Virus record (IMG/VR): IMGVR_UViG_3300003154_000001
Reading direction: 5' to 3' (one strand)
Origin: a virus
DNA: 64,000 nt
The notes under the pieces: model-generated
The model's input: the letters and a program-made list of their open reading frames with translations, nothing else
Told to the model about the DNA's origin: nothing
Databases searched by the model: none
Shown: positions 50,522 to 59,599 of the stretch, in pieces
Layout of the letters: each line of letters opens with the position of its first letter
How positions within the stretch are numbered: the first letter of the stretch is position 1
Translations under genes and position numbers: made by a program

Positions 50522-53115
50522 TGGCTGATTTAATTAACACAAACCAAGGCCCAGAGCGGGTTGAGGTTATCTCACAGCCTACAGGCGTTGTACCGATTCC
50601 TGGTGCATCTACTGCCATTACTTGTTTCGTCATCAGATCTACAAAATCTGGTGCACCAATTGATTCCCCAGTTGAAGTTCTTAGTATTGAAGAAGTTGTT
50701 GAGCAGTTTGGTGACGCAACGGATATAGGTAATGCTTATTATGCGATTCAAGGATTCTTTGATAACGCAGGATCAGGCAGTCAGGCTATTATCATTAATG
50801 TAGCTCCTACAGCATCAGGTTCTGATGTTTCTGAAAGAGGCGTTGCGGAAATAGCTGGTGGTGGATTTATGGAAGATACGGGAGTTATTCTTAGCTCTCT
50901 TGCTATATCTACCTATACTCCTACTACTGGATTGTTAGTATTTTCTGCTACCCCGGATCTTTCGGAAGTTAAAGTAGGCGATTACTTTAAAGATGATAAT
51001 GGACGTTTATTTGAAATTCTAGCAGTTACTCCTGGGATATACACCATTGAAATTGCTAAGAATTTAGTTACAAGTGCTACACAGCCGGTACATGCTGCTG
51101 GTGGATTAAATGTAGCTTCTGCCGCAGGCAAGATATTGAGACTATTTGAAGTGGATATGTTTAATTCGTATGCACTTATTCAAAAAGGATCTTTAAAAGG
51201 CTCTGTAACAATTACTAGTTCAACTAGTAATATTATAATAGCCTCTGCTGGTGGATTCCTTAATATGGGAGCCAAAGTAGGTGATATACTTGTTGATAGC
51301 GGAGCAAATGTATTTTATATCACTTCAATTGAAGATGATGATAAGGTTTATGTAGATCGTAGTGGAGCGGCTCTTGGAGCTACCAATATTTATGCAGGAA
51401 CAGTAAGCATAATTCAGGATACTCTTAGGAGTGCTTCAGCGAATGCATCAGTATCCCCTCAGAACGTAGTAGCATTTTCGAGTTCTGGAGCAGGATATGG
51501 ATTACTTCCCACTGCCGTAGGACCATATGCGGCCGACTCATTGACAGATCATTTTGCAATATTAAGTGGAGAAGAGAAAGAAATTCTATCTTCTTCTATT
51601 ATTGCTAGTGGTACGTTAAACGCACTATTCGGTACATGTGCTCAGACATTAGTATATACTGCTGTCTCTGGACTAATACAGTTTGGTGGAGCAGTCAATC
51701 TTTCTACCGTCAACCCTGGCGATGTATGGAGAGATACTAGTAGTAATGACTTTGTAATCATATCCGTTGATGATCTTAATGATAGAATAGTAATACTTCC
51801 GAATCAGATAGTTAATACCGCAATAGGTTCAACAATTAGAAATGGACAAACAAAGATATTCTTCAAAGATACAGCGTTTGATCCAGGTATAACTAATGTT
51901 CCTACCTTCTTTGAACCAGCTTCTAAGTTAGAAGTTCCTGCATCAGTAACTCTTCTTGCAGATAGTTACTTTATATCGGATGCAATTGTACAAGATTCAG
52001 ACTATATTGGGACAGCGGCAAATGGAAAAGGTCTTCATGCACTTGATGAGATAGATGATGTAAGTCTTGTATGTATTCCTGAAATTACTTCTAAAGTGGT
52101 TCAGAATGCGTTAATTGACTACTGTGAAACGGGTAGAGAAGATTGTTTTGCTCTCTTGGTAATTCCAAGATCAATAACATCCCCAGTTACAGACAGAGTA
52201 AAATTAACACCAGTAATTAGCACAATATCAGTTGGAGCAACATATAGTACGGTTGCTTTCTCTGGTAGCCCAAGTCTCGCAGACGTAGTAGTTGGCGATA
52301 TACTTATATTTAACAGTATAAAGTACCTAATACTTGACGTAGATGACACGGATAAAAAGATAACTGTTGAATCCACCTCTATATCAGGTTCCGGAAGTTG
52401 TTCAATTGCTTCTCCTAGTGCTATTACTTATAAGGAGATAATAATTAATAATCCTAGTAAGAGATCTGCATGGTATTACAATCATGTTAAAGTTCTTCGT
52501 CCCTCTGACAGTGCAATAATCACTGTAGATCCAGTCGGGCACGTTGCTGGGGTTATGGCAAGAATAGACGCTAATACTGCTATAGGCGGAGTAAGTCATG
52601 CTCCTGCTGGAACAAGATTTGCAGGGTTAGCTGGAACAGTTGGTATGGATTTAGCGATTTCCGAATCACAGCATGGTGGTCCGCTACGTCTAGCCTTTAT
52701 AAATAGATTAACAGAATTTGCAGGAGCTGGAAGGATTATATTTGGAGCATATACTTCGGATAGTGGTACTTCACCAGCATTCACCGCAGAGGAACAGTTA
52801 ATTCAAATTATAAGAACCAACTTGTTTATAAAGAAATCCCTGGAATCAGGCTTGAGAAGCTTTATTTGGGAAAATTTCTCACCTACGACTCAATATCAGG
52901 CAAAGCAAGCTATATTGTCGTTCTTGAGGAATAATGCCTATTTATTCCCTGCTGGATTACCAGAAAGTGAGCAATTTAGAGTTATCAGTGTGGATCCTAC
53001 CACTGAAGCTTTAGCAAAAGGTTTGATGAAGTTTAGAGTACAGATCAGGACAAATAGTGCTCTAAGGTTTGTCGAGATTGCTCTTGAATTCCCAATACCA
53101 TCTGCACAAGGATAA
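50521..53115 (+). CDS. contractile tail sheath protein
   Basis: 864 aa. Contains the sheath signature DPVGHVAGVMARID...GGVSHAPAGTRFAGLAG and a conserved C-terminal domain. Immediately upstream of the tube gene. Confidence 0.85.
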   Translation: MADLINTNQGPERVEVISQPTGVVPIPGASTAITCFVIRSTKSGAPIDSPVEVLSIEEVVEQFGDATDIGNAYYAIQGFFDNAGSGSQAIIINVAPTASGSDVSERGVAEIAGGGFMEDTGVILSSLAISTYTPTTGLLVFSATPDLSEVKVGDYFKDDNGRLFEILAVTPGIYTIEIAKNLVTSATQPVHAAGGLNVASAAGKILRLFEVDMFNSYALIQKGSLKGSVTITSSTSNIIIASAGGFLNMGAKVGDILVDSGANVFYITSIEDDDKVYVDRSGAALGATNIYAGTVSIIQDTLRSASANASVSPQNVVAFSSSGAGYGLLPTAVGPYAADSLTDHFAILSGEEKEILSSSIIASGTLNALFGTCAQTLVYTAVSGLIQFGGAVNLSTVNPGDVWRDTSSNDFVIISVDDLNDRIVILPNQIVNTAIGSTIRNGQTKIFFKDTAFDPGITNVPTFFEPASKLEVPASVTLLADSYFISDAIVQDSDYIGTAANGKGLHALDEIDDVSLVCIPEITSKVVQNALIDYCETGREDCFALLVIPRSITSPVTDRVKLTPVISTISVGATYSTVAFSGSPSLADVVVGDILIFNSIKYLILDVDDTDKKITVESTSISGSGSCSIASPSAITYKEIIINNPSKRSAWYYNHVKVLRPSDSAIITVDPVGHVAGVMARIDANTAIGGVSHAPAGTRFAGLAGTVGMDLAISESQHGGPLRLAFINRLTEFAGAGRIIFGAYTSDSGTSPAFTAEEQLIQIIRTNLFIKKSLESGLRSFIWENFSPTTQYQAKQAILSFLRNNAYLFPAGLPESEQFRVISVDPTTEALAKGLMKFRVQIRTNSALRFVEIALEFPIPSAQG

Positions 53116-53127
53116 GGAGATAAAAAC

Positions 53128-53679
53128 ATGGCAAGAAGTTCTAAAGTAGATGCCGTTGAGAAATTTAGATTTACAGTTTCTTACGACGGTTTAACTCGTG
53201 CTGGGTTTAGCGAAGTCTCCATTCCTAAATACACCTTTAATAAGGGTGAATACAGAGAAGGGAATGCTCCGGATAATGTTCAGTTATTTCCTGGACTTAC
53301 GAGAACAGAAGACATAACTATGTCTCGTGGCGTTACAACGAATCAGGATTTCTACAGTTGGATTAAAGAAATATTTGATCCTTCTGATCTTCCTGGTGGA
53401 TTGAATAATGCTGGTCAAGGTGGATCAGTGACCCCGATAGGGAACGCTGAAGTATATCGTAAAGATATTACTATTACCTTGCATCACAGGACTGGAAAAC
53501 CCGTTAAACAATGGGTTCTGTACAATGCATTTCCGGTTGCCTTTCAGCCCGGTTCTGACCTAAATGCTACAGAAGATGGAGAAAAAGCCATAGAGCAGGT
53601 AACAATTGCTTATGAAAGCTTTGAAGAAGTCTCTGGTAGTCAGATTCAATCTCCTGATACAGGAATTGATTTAGGTTAA
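53128..53679 (+). CDS. tail tube protein (T4 gp19-like), major copy
   Basis: MARSSKVDAVEKFRFTV...FSEVS...YREGN...LPG...ITMSRGV matches the gp19/CIS tube pattern. RBS AAGGAGA. A terminator follows. Confidence 0.85.
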   Translation: MARSSKVDAVEKFRFTVSYDGLTRAGFSEVSIPKYTFNKGEYREGNAPDNVQLFPGLTRTEDITMSRGVTTNQDFYSWIKEIFDPSDLPGGLNNAGQGGSVTPIGNAEVYRKDITITLHHRTGKPVKQWVLYNAFPVAFQPGSDLNATEDGEKAIEQVTIAYESFEEVSGSQIQSPDTGIDLG

Positions 53680-53693
53680 TTATATTGGATATG

Positions 53694-53715
53694 GGGGAGG
53701 ATTTCGGTCCTCCCC
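53694..53715 (+). terminator. intrinsic terminator GGGGAGGA-tttcgg-TCCTCCCC followed by TTTAT
   Basis: 8-bp G/C-rich stem (UUCG-type loop) followed by a T-rich tract, downstream of the tube gene. Confidence 0.65.
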
Positions 53716-53761
53716 TTTATCTATCTGTATACATTTTATTAGAGGAATTTAGGGGGAAACT

Positions 53762-53917
53762 ATGCCAGCTAAAAGTAAGGCACAAGCAAGATTTATGAGA
53801 GCAGTAGCCAGTGGATCTGTTAAGAAACCTGGTCTATCAAAAAAGAAAGCTCTTGAATTTGTAAAAGGACATTCTACAAAAAGATTGCCCGAAAAGAAAA
53901 AAGCAAAAAAGAAATAA
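53762..53917 (+). CDS. DUF3008-like small basic protein
   Basis: MPAKSKAQARFMRAVASG... matches the pattern I recall for that family. 51 aa, so not in the ORF track. Confidence 0.5.
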   Translation: MPAKSKAQARFMRAVASGSVKKPGLSKKKALEFVKGHSTKRLPEKKKAKKK

Positions 53918-53927
53918 AGGAATTGTA

Positions 53928-54161
53928 ATGGCTACAGCATCAAAGAAATATAATAAGTTAAAAGGTGGAATGGCTGATAGTTGTTCTCCAGAAGACTTTG
54001 ACTCAAAACAATTAGAAAAAGGAACCAAAGTTGAGATGGAACATACTAATGATCCTTCTATTGCTAAAGAAATTGCAATGGACCATCTAAAGGAATTTCC
54101 AGATTATTATATAGAATTAGCAAAAATGGAAAAGAAACTTAATAAAAAGTCTAAAAAATAA
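53928..54161 (+). CDS. DUF5661-like protein
   Basis: FDSKQLEKGTKVEMEHTNDPSIAKEIAMDHLKEFPDYY matches the family pattern as recalled. Confidence 0.55.
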   Translation: MATASKKYNKLKGGMADSCSPEDFDSKQLEKGTKVEMEHTNDPSIAKEIAMDHLKEFPDYYIELAKMEKKLNKKSKK

Positions 54162-54171
54162 TAGGCATATT

Positions 54172-54390
54172 ATGGACGATAAATTATATAAAAGTAAGTC
54201 TAAGAAACAAAAAGAACATTGTGATCAAAATTATGATTACAAGGTACAAAAACGAGTCGAAGAGATGGAAAGAGATTTTCATCAGGATAAAGATCGTAAA
54301 GTTAATGATGAAGCTTGGAAGAAGCATATGGAAATGCATCCTGAACGCTATGGTGCAGTAGAAATAAAATCTCCTAAGAAGAAAAAGTAA
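54172..54390 (+). CDS. hypothetical charged protein
   Basis: 72-aa ORF. Confidence 0.5.
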   Translation: MDDKLYKSKSKKQKEHCDQNYDYKVQKRVEEMERDFHQDKDRKVNDEAWKKHMEMHPERYGAVEIKSPKKKK

Positions 54391-54392
54391 TT

Positions 54393-55013
54393 ATGGCTAG
54401 ATCATCTAAAGTAGACGCAATAGAAAAATTTAGGTTTGGAGTATTTATATTTGATCTTAATCTAAGTTTAGCAGCTTTAGCAAAAGATACTATCAGTTTC
54501 TTACGAGGTGGGTTTTCTGATGTGACTCTACCTAGACAAACAACTACAGCGATGGAATATAGAGAGAATTTGGACGCTGCTCATCCTCAGCTTATTCCAG
54601 GAATAACTCGTTATGATTCTGTATTTTTAAGACGTGGAGTTACAAATAATTCTGATTTTTTACGATGGGCAAGTGCAGTTCATGATGCTAATCAATTTGT
54701 TGCATCTGCGATACAAAGTATTCGTGGAGATTCTGGTGCACAACCTCCTTCTGAAAGTTTAAATTTTAGAAAAGATGTAGTTATTGTAATTTATAATCGG
54801 TCTGGCAATCCAGAGAAAGCATGGCTATTAAGAAATGCCTGGGTAGCATCCTATAAACCTGGCGACGACCTGAGTGCATTATCTGGAGAGAAACTAATAG
54901 AAGAAATTGAATTAAGATATGAATGTTTTGAAGAGTTATCAAAGGATGCTGCTATAAGTGGTGCTATTAATGATGTATTGGGAGCATTTGATTTAGATAA
55001 CTTTAAGCTTTAA
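54393..55013 (+). CDS. tail tube paralogue 2 (gp19-like)
   Basis: MARSSKVDAIEKFRF is nearly identical to the start of tube 1. It has an inserted hydrophobic segment. YRENL...IPG...VFLRRGV. Confidence 0.75.
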   Translation: MARSSKVDAIEKFRFGVFIFDLNLSLAALAKDTISFLRGGFSDVTLPRQTTTAMEYRENLDAAHPQLIPGITRYDSVFLRRGVTNNSDFLRWASAVHDANQFVASAIQSIRGDSGAQPPSESLNFRKDVVIVIYNRSGNPEKAWLLRNAWVASYKPGDDLSALSGEKLIEEIELRYECFEELSKDAAISGAINDVLGAFDLDNFKL

Positions 55014-55024
55014 TTGGAGTACCA

Positions 55025-55582
55025 ATGTCTAGAAGTTCTTCATTTGATCCATTAGATAAATTTAGATGGAGAGTATATATTGCTAATCCGGCAGGAAGCA
55101 ATTTTATTCGAGGTGGATTTACATCTTGTAGCAGTCCGGGGATAACTATAAATGTAAATACCTATGCTGAAGGTGGAAGTCATATGAATCCTCGTAAGAT
55201 TATAGATGGGGCAGTATGTAAGCCTATCACATTAAAACGAGGAGTTATTGCTAAAAATGGAGCAGATGATTTTTCTAAATGGGTAGAAGATGTATTTAAA
55301 GTAACTAGTCCAGAAATTGCCGTAAATCCTGGAGCACAATATAGAAATGATATCGTTATAGAGCATCTAGATAGAGATGGTACAGTGATTATTAGGTGGA
55401 TACTCAGAGACTGTGTTCCTACTATGTATGAACCAGCCTCAGATTTTGATGCAATGGGAGAAAATGAAGTAAGTATTGAAACACTTACATTCGAATATGA
55501 GGGATTTGAAGAGGAACGTCCAGGAAATATCATCAATGACGTTGGAGATATATTAAGACGTTCTACTAGGGGAATTTTTTAA
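55025..55582 (+). CDS. tail tube paralogue 3 (gp19-like)
   Basis: MSRSSSFDPLDKFRWRV ... ITLKRGV ... same domain pattern. Confidence 0.75.
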   Translation: MSRSSSFDPLDKFRWRVYIANPAGSNFIRGGFTSCSSPGITINVNTYAEGGSHMNPRKIIDGAVCKPITLKRGVIAKNGADDFSKWVEDVFKVTSPEIAVNPGAQYRNDIVIEHLDRDGTVIIRWILRDCVPTMYEPASDFDAMGENEVSIETLTFEYEGFEEERPGNIINDVGDILRRSTRGIF

Positions 55583-55597
55583 TAAGGAGAAAGTACT

Positions 55598-56338
55598 ATG
55601 TTAATAGAACTTCCTTGTGGGATTTTGCATGACGGTTTGGTATATGATAAAGTTAATGTAAAAGAGTTAACAGGTAAACAGCAAAATTACTTAGTTGATA
55701 TGGACTTAGTGGCTAATAATTTAGGACATGTAACTAAGTTATTGGAAGACTTAACTTCTGATTACCAAACATCCGAAGGGTTACCTCTAAATATGACTTC
55801 AAAAGAAGCTATTTGGAAGTTACCAACAGAAGATATAGAATTTATTTTATTGAAAATTAGAGAACTTACCTTTGGAGCAGTAATGGCATTGCCAGTATCT
55901 TGCCCTTGGTGTGGACATCAGCAAACAAAGAAATTAGAGTTGGATAAATTAAGCGTTACTCCTCTTCCGGATAAGAAGATTAGAACTCGCATAATTGAAC
56001 TTCCAAAATCTAAACTAACTGCTGAAGTAAAGCTTCTCTATATCAAGGATCTTTTTGACTTATATAAGATTCTTAAAGAGAATACACATGCATTATATAC
56101 TGGATCATTGTGTCTTTCTATAAGTAAGTTGGGAGAAAAAACTAATGTTACTCAACAGGATTTAGATTCTCTTCCCGCTACTGATTTACAGTTGATGGAA
56201 GATGCCTTCTCTACTTTGAGAGGATCCATAGACACTAATATAATACATGACTGTGAAAATTGTCATAAAGAATTTAATGCTCCATTACCAGTGATGGATC
56301 CAAGTTTTTTCGTCCGGTCGCTGACCCCTTCAATATAA
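55598..56338 (+). CDS. tail assembly chaperone, short (0-frame) form
   Basis: Lies between the tube and tape-measure genes. Contains a slippery heptamer 25 nt before its stop. Confidence 0.6.
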   Translation: MLIELPCGILHDGLVYDKVNVKELTGKQQNYLVDMDLVANNLGHVTKLLEDLTSDYQTSEGLPLNMTSKEAIWKLPTEDIEFILLKIRELTFGAVMALPVSCPWCGHQQTKKLELDKLSVTPLPDKKIRTRIIELPKSKLTAEVKLLYIKDLFDLYKILKENTHALYTGSLCLSISKLGEKTNVTQQDLDSLPATDLQLMEDAFSTLRGSIDTNIIHDCENCHKEFNAPLPVMDPSFFVRSLTPSI

Positions 56339-56517
56339 TTCCAACAGAATATACTGATCATCGTACTGATCTGTTAGGAGATTATGAATATTTAGGACAA
56401 GCATTCAGATGGGGTCCAGATCAGACAGATAAACTACGTTGGATAGATAGAAAACAAATTATTGAAGACCATAAATCTGCAATGAAACAATTGGAGTCTA
56501 ATGCCAAATCCAGGTAA
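55598..56517 (+). CDS. tail assembly chaperone, -1 frameshifted long form
   Basis: The -1 extension RPVADPFNIIPTEYTDHRTDLLGDYEYLGQAFRWGPDQTDKLRWIDRKQIIEDHKSAMKQLESNAKSR has no start codon of its own. It ends inside the start of the tape-measure gene. Confidence 0.55.
56305..56311 (+). promoter_or_regulatory. -1 programmed frameshift slippery heptamer T_TTT_TTC
   Basis: In the 0 frame it reads AGT TTT TTC (X_XXY_YYZ). The -1 frame is open from 56311 to the TAA at 56515-56517. Confidence 0.6.
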
Positions 56518-58525
56518 TATAAATATACTGGTTAGCGTACAAAATAAGGCATCACAGCCCTTACGTCAAGTTCGTAAGGATGTTACTGACTTTCGAGATG
56601 AACTTGTTAAATTTAACAGACGTTTATTTACTGCCAGTGCCTTACTTGCTACATTTACTATGGGATTTAGGAAAGCCTTTCAATTGGCAGCAGTTGGAGC
56701 TGATTTTGATATGTTCCGACAACAGTTTAATAAAACTTTTGGGTCGGACTATTTTAAAGTATTAAGAGATGCAAGTCAGTATACAATGGATTCTATGTCC
56801 ATTATGAAATTGGCTATTCAGAATCATGCTAGAGGATTGACTAAATATGAACAACAGAGGATATTCACACTTTCTGTTGGTGCCGCTAAACTATTAGGAA
56901 CCTCTACTGCAGATGCAGCTCAAAAAATGTCTCAAGCATTTCAGACAATGAGTGCCTCTGGTCTTAAACAATTTATGGTTGCTTTGAACATCAATAACCA
57001 ATATAAAAATATGGAATTGATGATTAATAAGTTAACTAAAGGTTGGAATGCGGCTGGAAAATCTTCAGAGAATTTTAGAAAGTTTGCTCTTAGAGAATTA
57101 GAAATTGCTTTAGGAGAACTTTCTATGCAAGCTGGCGATGCTAAGACTATGTTTATGGTCTTAGGGGCTGGTATGGATAGTTTCCGTCAGACAGTAGGCA
57201 ATTTCCTAGCTAGAGCATTAGCTCCTGCTGCGTCTAAACTAGGACGATTTATATGGGACATAGTAGATAAATTACGTCAAAAATTAGATGCTACAGGAAA
57301 AGCAGCCAATGTATTAAGACAGAATCTTATTAATTTTATACAAACGGTAGGTGGAGTAATCTCTGCGGGAACAGTATTCTTAGGAGTATTCTCTATGATG
57401 GGGCTAATTGCCTCTACATTGGGGGTATCCATTGGCTCTATAGTAGGATCTATGACCTTATTTGGAATAGCTCTAAAACATGTTAAGGATCATAGTAAGG
57501 GTTGGCTAGATGCTCTTGCTAATATAGGAGCAGAATTAAAAGCCTATTATCAAGCATTTACCTCATTTAAGGATGGTTGGATAACCTTAAGTGGTACAGT
57601 CGTAGATAAGTTAAAAATGTTGGACAGAGAAACTCAGACCCGAATATGGAGAATGATCGAAGTTGTTGTTGTATTACGTAAAACCTGGTCTGGATTTGTT
57701 GATGGTATAAAAGCAGGATTTGCTCCGTTATTGTGGATTTTTGATAAGATAAAGGCCATGTTAGGATCGGGAAAGGCTACTGGATTTGGTTCAAAAACTT
57801 TAGATAAGTGGCAAACTGCTGGAAAAGTAGCCGGAGTAGGCATGGTAGGCTTAATTGGACTATTCACTGCATTAAAAGGATTTAAAGGACTCTTTTCAGT
57901 ATTAGGTAAGATACCTATAGTTGGTAAGTTATTTAGAGGAAGACAGCCAACTGGTAGTATGTTTGATCCTATCTATACAAAAATTGTGAACTTTCCTGGA
58001 TTAGCTATGGGAGCTGCAGGAAGTATAGGCGCAAAAGGAATGAGTTGGATAGGCGGGTTGATGGGACAATTGGGCAGATTTCTAATAAGTCCTCCTGTGT
58101 TAGCGACAATTGCTGCTATTGCTCTTCCATTAGTAGCATATTATATGTTTGATAAGTTGGGCCTACATGACAAGATGGCAAATTGGCTTACTTCTAAAAC
58201 ACAAGGCGAAGAACAACGAATTGCTACAGGAAATGTACGGACTGGAGATCAGGCGAAAAAAGAATACTATAGAATGTTAAGACAAACTGGTTCATCTTGG
58301 GAAGATAGTGATCAGCAAAGACGTTTTCAAAATCTATTGGTCGAAACTAACTCGATGGGCTTTAAACAAGGTGTAATAGATGTGGATAGACTTGTGCAGG
58401 CCATGAATGATAATAAGGTAACATCTAAAGAAGGATCTCAATTAATTTCAGATACTATAAAATTAATGATTGCGGCTGGATGGAAACCTCGTTTAGAAAA
58501 TGGTAAGCCTAATGCTAGGAATTAA
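56501..58525 (+). CDS. tail tape measure protein
   Basis: 674 aa, helical, with central hydrophobic Gly-rich segments. Canonical position after the chaperone. Confidence 0.8.
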   Translation: MPNPGNINILVSVQNKASQPLRQVRKDVTDFRDELVKFNRRLFTASALLATFTMGFRKAFQLAAVGADFDMFRQQFNKTFGSDYFKVLRDASQYTMDSMSIMKLAIQNHARGLTKYEQQRIFTLSVGAAKLLGTSTADAAQKMSQAFQTMSASGLKQFMVALNINNQYKNMELMINKLTKGWNAAGKSSENFRKFALRELEIALGELSMQAGDAKTMFMVLGAGMDSFRQTVGNFLARALAPAASKLGRFIWDIVDKLRQKLDATGKAANVLRQNLINFIQTVGGVISAGTVFLGVFSMMGLIASTLGVSIGSIVGSMTLFGIALKHVKDHSKGWLDALANIGAELKAYYQAFTSFKDGWITLSGTVVDKLKMLDRETQTRIWRMIEVVVVLRKTWSGFVDGIKAGFAPLLWIFDKIKAMLGSGKATGFGSKTLDKWQTAGKVAGVGMVGLIGLFTALKGFKGLFSVLGKIPIVGKLFRGRQPTGSMFDPIYTKIVNFPGLAMGAAGSIGAKGMSWIGGLMGQLGRFLISPPVLATIAAIALPLVAYYMFDKLGLHDKMANWLTSKTQGEEQRIATGNVRTGDQAKKEYYRMLRQTGSSWEDSDQQRRFQNLLVETNSMGFKQGVIDVDRLVQAMNDNKVTSKEGSQLISDTIKLMIAAGWKPRLENGKPNARN

Positions 58526-58527
58526 TT

Positions 58528-59274
58528 ATGAAATTTAGTTCTTCTGGACCTAGAAAATTTGTTGCTAAAAATAGAAAGAATGAGCCAGGATATAAGGCTA
58601 CACTTCTTCCTATGAAATCTGAGACCCAAGCAGATGAAACTTATGGATCACTCGGAATGTTCTATATAAATCCAGCAAGTTGGACAGAAAGCAAAACATC
58701 CCATTGGGTTAAACAGGAAATTCCTGGATATAGCGATCCTCATCAACAGTGGATTTCTAGTGGAGCTAGACAAATTACTTTTGATGCATTGGTTACCAAT
58801 GATAGGGCTGAAGGGCATATTAATGCCAATACCGAGAATATTACTATTACAGATGATAATAAGTCATTAACTTCTAAGTTTAAGTCTACTGCTATAAAAG
58901 CTATTGGTGGAATTGCTAAACAAGTATTTAATATTCCTGAATTATCGTTAAAATCATTATTTAATGACAATAATCGTAATCAAGCTCAGGAGTTATCTTT
59001 AGATATTACTGCTAAATTGAATTATTATCGTAGTTTAATATATCCAAAAACAAAAGAAGGAAAATTAACCGATACTCCCCCATTAGTTAGACTTAGAGTA
59101 GGAAGTTCCTTTGGAAATAGAACTAAAGGATCTAAGTTTGTAGTTGATAAAGTGGATATTAGAATTACAAAACAATTGGCGGACTTAACTCCATGTGAGG
59201 CTACAGTATCATTTACTTTAACTGAGTTTCCTGGAAAAATGGTCTCCTTTAATGATGTTAATAAGGATATATAA
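58528..59274 (+). CDS. CIS-tube-like / tube-initiator candidate
   Basis: FYINPASWTESKTSHW...QQWISSGARQITFDALV and C-terminal ATVSFTLTEF resemble the N-domain of Afp7-type tube-baseplate proteins as I recall them. Confidence 0.45.
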   Translation: MKFSSSGPRKFVAKNRKNEPGYKATLLPMKSETQADETYGSLGMFYINPASWTESKTSHWVKQEIPGYSDPHQQWISSGARQITFDALVTNDRAEGHINANTENITITDDNKSLTSKFKSTAIKAIGGIAKQVFNIPELSLKSLFNDNNRNQAQELSLDITAKLNYYRSLIYPKTKEGKLTDTPPLVRLRVGSSFGNRTKGSKFVVDKVDIRITKQLADLTPCEATVSFTLTEFPGKMVSFNDVNKDI

Positions 59275-59597
59275 TGGCTAATTTTAGAAGTGGATCTCGT
59301 TATACAAATGGAACCTTTACTACAGATTCTGAAAATAAAGAATTTCTATTATTGAGAAGTAAATTAGAAATTTCTGAATCTGAAGACGATATATTTTTAA
59401 CTATAGAGGGTCGATTTATAAAACGTATAGATTTAATTTCTCAAGAAGTATATAATAGACCTGATCTTGGATGGGCTATATTAGACATTAATAACTTACA
59501 AGAACCATTATTTGATTTATATATTGGCCAAGTACTTAGAATTCCTCCACTATATAAAGTATTACAAGCAATTGAAAAGCTAAATGTTGTTGAATAA
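59274..59597 (+). CDS. P2 gpX-like (LysM-like) tail protein
   Basis: 107 aa. RIDLISQEVYNRPDLGWAILDINNL...GQVLRIPP fits the tail-X/LysM pattern. Lies upstream of the gpD-like gene. Confidence 0.65.
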   Translation: MANFRSGSRYTNGTFTTDSENKEFLLLRSKLEISESEDDIFLTIEGRFIKRIDLISQEVYNRPDLGWAILDINNLQEPLFDLYIGQVLRIPPLYKVLQAIEKLNVVE

Positions 59598-59599
59598 GC

